Assembly: GCA_044229835.1 (NCBI GenBank)
Contig: JBGASF010000011.1
Coordinates: 10,765-74,764 of the forward strand
DNA from: Polyangia bacterium
Lineage (GTDB): Bacteria > Myxococcota_A > Polyangia > Haliangiales > JADYYK01
DNA: 64,000 nucleotides
Direction: 5' to 3'
The translations under genes and the position numbers were made by a program. This document shows, in pieces, positions 61,313-64,000 of the stretch; the first letter of the stretch is position 1, and each line of letters starts with the position of its first letter. Under the pieces are notes generated by a model, which worked only from the letters and a program-made list of their open reading frames with translations, made no database searches and was not told the origin of the DNA.

Positions 61313-64000
61313 ATGGGCGACACCCGCGCCACCGTCGAGACCCGCAGCCAGATCGGCCCTTTTCGCCTCGAAGGGGTGCTGGGCAGCGGCGCCATGGGCG
61401 TGGTCTATCGCGGCGTCCGCGGTGACGGCCAGGTCGCGGCGGTCAAGGTGGTGCGCGCGCACCTGGGCAGCGACGACCTGGTGCGTCGCTTCCAGCGCGA
61501 GGCCGAGATCCGCATCGAGCACCCCAACGTGGTGCGCGTGCTCGACGCCGGCGCCGACCGCGACGGCACACCCTACATCGCCTTCGAGCTGCTCGAGGGC
61601 GAGAGCCTGGCCGATCGCCTGGGCCACGGGCGCGCCCGCCTGGCCGACGTCATCGACATCGGCGTCCAGGTCTGCCGCGGCCTGGAGGCGGTGCACGGCG
61701 CCGGCCTGATCCATCGCGATCTCAAGCCGGCCAACCTGTTCTCGTGCCGGGGCGGCAGCATCAAGCTGGTCGATTTCGGCATCGCGCTGTGGACCGACGC
61801 CGACACCCGCATCACCAGCGTGGGCACCGTGCTGGGCACCGCCAGCTACCTGGCGCCCGAGCAGGCCCGCGGCGACGGTGACCTCGACGCCCGCGCCGAC
61901 CTGTGGGCGCTGGGGGTGATCCTGTACGAGATGTTGACAGGTCGTCCACCTTTTGACCGCGGTTCGGTGCTGCCAACCATCGTGGCCGTCCTGATGGAGG
62001 AGCCGGCGCCGCTGCCCGCGGGCGTCCCCGTCATGCTGCGCGAGGTGGTCATGCGCGCGCTCAGCAAGGAGGCGGCGCTGCGCTGGCCCGACGCGCGCAC
62101 CTTCGCGGCCGCGCTGGCCGCGTGTGACCTGGGCGACGCCGGCGACGCCCCGGTGCGCGCACAGGCCGCGCTGGCCGCCACCGAGGTGCTGCCGGGACGG
62201 TCGATCACGCTGGGCGAGAACCGCGTGGTCGCCATCCTGCTGGCGCACGACGTCCACGATCGCGACGTCATCGAGCGCGCCGTCAAGGAGCGCGGCGGCC
62301 TGTTCCTGCAGCTGATGGGCGGCCGCGCCGTCGGCCTGTTCGGCGGCGAATCCTGGGAGGGCGACGAGGTCAAGCGTGCCACCTCGGCGGCGCTGGCAGC
62401 GGCAGGTGCGGCCGGACGCATCGCGGTGGCCTCGGGGCGCGCGACCCGCGCCGGCACCGCCATCTCGGGCGACGTGCTGCGCAAGGCCGAGGAGAGCTGC
62501 GCCGCGCTGCCCAGCGGCGTCGCGGTCGACGGCGCCACCGCGCGCAGCCTGTTCGGCGACTTCGCGCTGGTGCCCATCGCAGGCGCCCGCCTGTTCCAGG
62601 TCGAGGCCAGCTCCGACAGCGGCACCGGGACCGGCAGCCTGGGCCGCGGCCACGACGGCCACGAATCGCCCGACGAGGCCCTGATCGGCCGCCGCACCGA
62701 GCTGGCCCAGCTGCGCGCCGGCATCGAGGCCGCCCTGGTCGATGGCCGCGCCAGCGCCGTCCTGCTGCTCGGCCCACCCGGCATCGGCAAGAGCCGCCTG
62801 CGCCGCGAGGCCGACGCCATCGCCGCCGAGCTGGGCCAGTCGCCCACCGTGCTGATGGCCCGCGGCGAACCCGCCCGCCGCGAGGCCGCCCTGGCCCTGC
62901 TCAGCGCCGCCGTGCTGGCCCGCGCCCGCGCCAACGCCGCGGTGCCCGGCGCGCCGCGCATCGACGCCGATGCCCCGCTGGAGGAGCGCCGCGCTGCGGT
63001 GCTGACGCTGGCCGGCGAGGCGCTGTCAGGGGTCGCCGCGCTGGACTGCGCGGCCTTCCTCGGCGAGATGCTGGGCATCGGCATGCCCGGCTCGCTGGCG
63101 CTGATGGCCGCGCGCAGCGATGCCCAGCTGATGGCGGACCGGCTGCGCGTGGCGCTGCTCGACTACCTGTCCGGCCTGTGCGCCCGCGGTCCCCTGACGC
63201 TGGTCCTGGAGGATCTGCAGTGGGCCGACAAGGCCTCGCTCGCGGTGCTCGACGAGCTGCTGGATCGCGAGACGGAGTCGCGCCTGCTGGTATTGGCGAC
63301 CGCGCGCCCCGAGCTGCTCGAGGAGCAGCCGCAGCTGCTGGCCGGACGCAGCCAGGTCCGCGTCGAGCTGCGCGGCCTCAGCGCGGCCGAGGTGGCCACG
63401 CTGGCGCAGCGCATCGCGCGCCGCCCGCTGCCCGAGCCCTTGCTGCGCGCGATCGCAGAGCGCACCGCCGGGAATCCCCTGTTCGTCGAGCAGATCGTGC
63501 TCGAGCTGCGCGATCAGGATCGCCTCGACGCCGTGCTCGACGATCTACCCTTGCCGCTGACCGTCGAGGCTGCGGTGCAGTCGCGCCTCGATCACCTGCC
63601 CGGCTCCGAGAAGGAGCTGTGCAAGCGCGCCGCCCTGCTCGGGCGCCCGTTCTCGATCGAGGAGGTCGAGGCCCTGGGCGTGCTGGGGGCCGGCAAGCTG
63701 CTGGCGTCGCTGTCACGCCGCGAGCTGTGCGCCCGCAGCCGCGCCCGCGCGGAGCGCGGACGCGAGTGGCAGTTCCGCAGCGCCCTGGTCGCCGACGTCG
63801 CCTACCGCATGCTGGCCGACGAGCTGCGCGAGGAGCTGCACCGCCGCGCCGCCGCCTTCCTGGCCCGCGCCGCCGACGCCGGGGCCGAGCAGGACGACGA
63901 GGAGATCGCCATCCACCACGAGCGCGGCGGCGAGGCCGCGCCCGCGGCCGCGCGCTATGCCGCCGCCGCCCTGGGCTCCAAGGGCCAGCACGATCCGCAG
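61313..64000 (+). CDS. Ser/Thr protein kinase fused to a degenerate cyclase-homology-like segment and an AAA/STAND NTPase domain (partial, runs off the window end)
   Basis: Absent from the ORF track because there is no stop in the window. My translation from ATG 61313 is open to 64000 (896 codons): GSGAMGVVYRG, AAVKVV, HRDLKPANLF, DFGIAL, SYLAPE; then ENRVVAILLAHDV...GGRAVGLFGG; then the P-loop LLLGPPGIGKSRL and LTLVLEDLQWADKASL (Walker B-like). Confidence 0.85.
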   Translation, partial: MGDTRATVETRSQIGPFRLEGVLGSGAMGVVYRGVRGDGQVAAVKVVRAHLGSDDLVRRFQREAEIRIEHPNVVRVLDAGADRDGTPYIAFELLEGESLADRLGHGRARLADVIDIGVQVCRGLEAVHGAGLIHRDLKPANLFSCRGGSIKLVDFGIALWTDADTRITSVGTVLGTASYLAPEQARGDGDLDARADLWALGVILYEMLTGRPPFDRGSVLPTIVAVLMEEPAPLPAGVPVMLREVVMRALSKEAALRWPDARTFAAALAACDLGDAGDAPVRAQAALAATEVLPGRSITLGENRVVAILLAHDVHDRDVIERAVKERGGLFLQLMGGRAVGLFGGESWEGDEVKRATSAALAAAGAAGRIAVASGRATRAGTAISGDVLRKAEESCAALPSGVAVDGATARSLFGDFALVPIAGARLFQVEASSDSGTGTGSLGRGHDGHESPDEALIGRRTELAQLRAGIEAALVDGRASAVLLLGPPGIGKSRLRREADAIAAELGQSPTVLMARGEPARREAALALLSAAVLARARANAAVPGAPRIDADAPLEERRAAVLTLAGEALSGVAALDCAAFLGEMLGIGMPGSLALMAARSDAQLMADRLRVALLDYLSGLCARGPLTLVLEDLQWADKASLAVLDELLDRETESRLLVLATARPELLEEQPQLLAGRSQVRVELRGLSAAEVATLAQRIARRPLPEPLLRAIAERTAGNPLFVEQIVLELRDQDRLDAVLDDLPLPLTVEAAVQSRLDHLPGSEKELCKRAALLGRPFSIEEVEALGVLGAGKLLASLSRRELCARSRARAERGREWQFRSALVADVAYRMLADELREELHRRAAAFLARAADAGAEQDDEEIAIHHERGGEAAPAAARYAAAALGSKGQHDPQ

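Noticed and set aside
61292-62662. 456-aa minus-strand ORF, the only track entry covering 61.3-62.7 kb
   Set aside because: The opposite strand encodes a textbook Hanks kinase that the track omitted because it has no stop codon within the window. The minus ORF is its shadow.

Overview
This is a very GC-rich bacterial chromosomal segment (roughly 70% by eye, with nearly all third codon positions G/C). I assign it to Myxococcota because it carries a MYXO-CTERM sorting tail, Myxococcus-type cysteine-rich repeats, MopE-like Asp/Cys 'putative metal-binding' repeats, several Ser/Thr kinases and FHA/PP2C/PilZ signalling genes. About 48 protein genes are supportable. They are densely packed and often translationally coupled through GTGA/ATGA overlaps. 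I found no rRNA, tRNA, CRISPR array, transposase, integrase or prophage signature. Recognisable blocks, in order: ygiQ' / ispA / response regulator / xseB; fur, an AT-rich palindrome and a cytochrome c-FTR1 iron permease; a class III cyclase; a BNR/Ycf48-like MYXO-CTERM protein; PP2C; cinA-thpR-recA behind a sigma-70-like promoter with a myxobacterial LexA-box-like site; radA; an outer-membrane barrel divergent from a two-gene operon of very Cys/Asp-rich lipoproteins; nagZ; a six-gene MoxR/DUF58/BatA-like (Bat-type) operon; PilZ and a Ser/Thr kinase; an ECF sigma/anti-sigma operon followed by an AsmA-like-GT51 transglycosylase; sulfurtransferase and TrmH; a coupled PBP1A-lipoprotein-orphan SBP-NtrY-like kinase operon; a sensor-like membrane protein pair; and comEC. 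The most interesting region is 56.0-64.0 kb. There a membrane-anchored double-FHA protein, two tandem paralogous lipoproteins and a Ser/Thr kinase-cyclase-like-AAA (STAND) protein lie co-directionally with 8-45 nt gaps. Each lipoprotein has five 77-aa, 10-cysteine repeats plus a C-terminal domain of about 250 aa that I cannot assign. I read this as a candidate uncharacterised envelope signalling or surface module, and function is inference only. Many very long antisense ORFs in the track are GC-bias shadows and were rejected.
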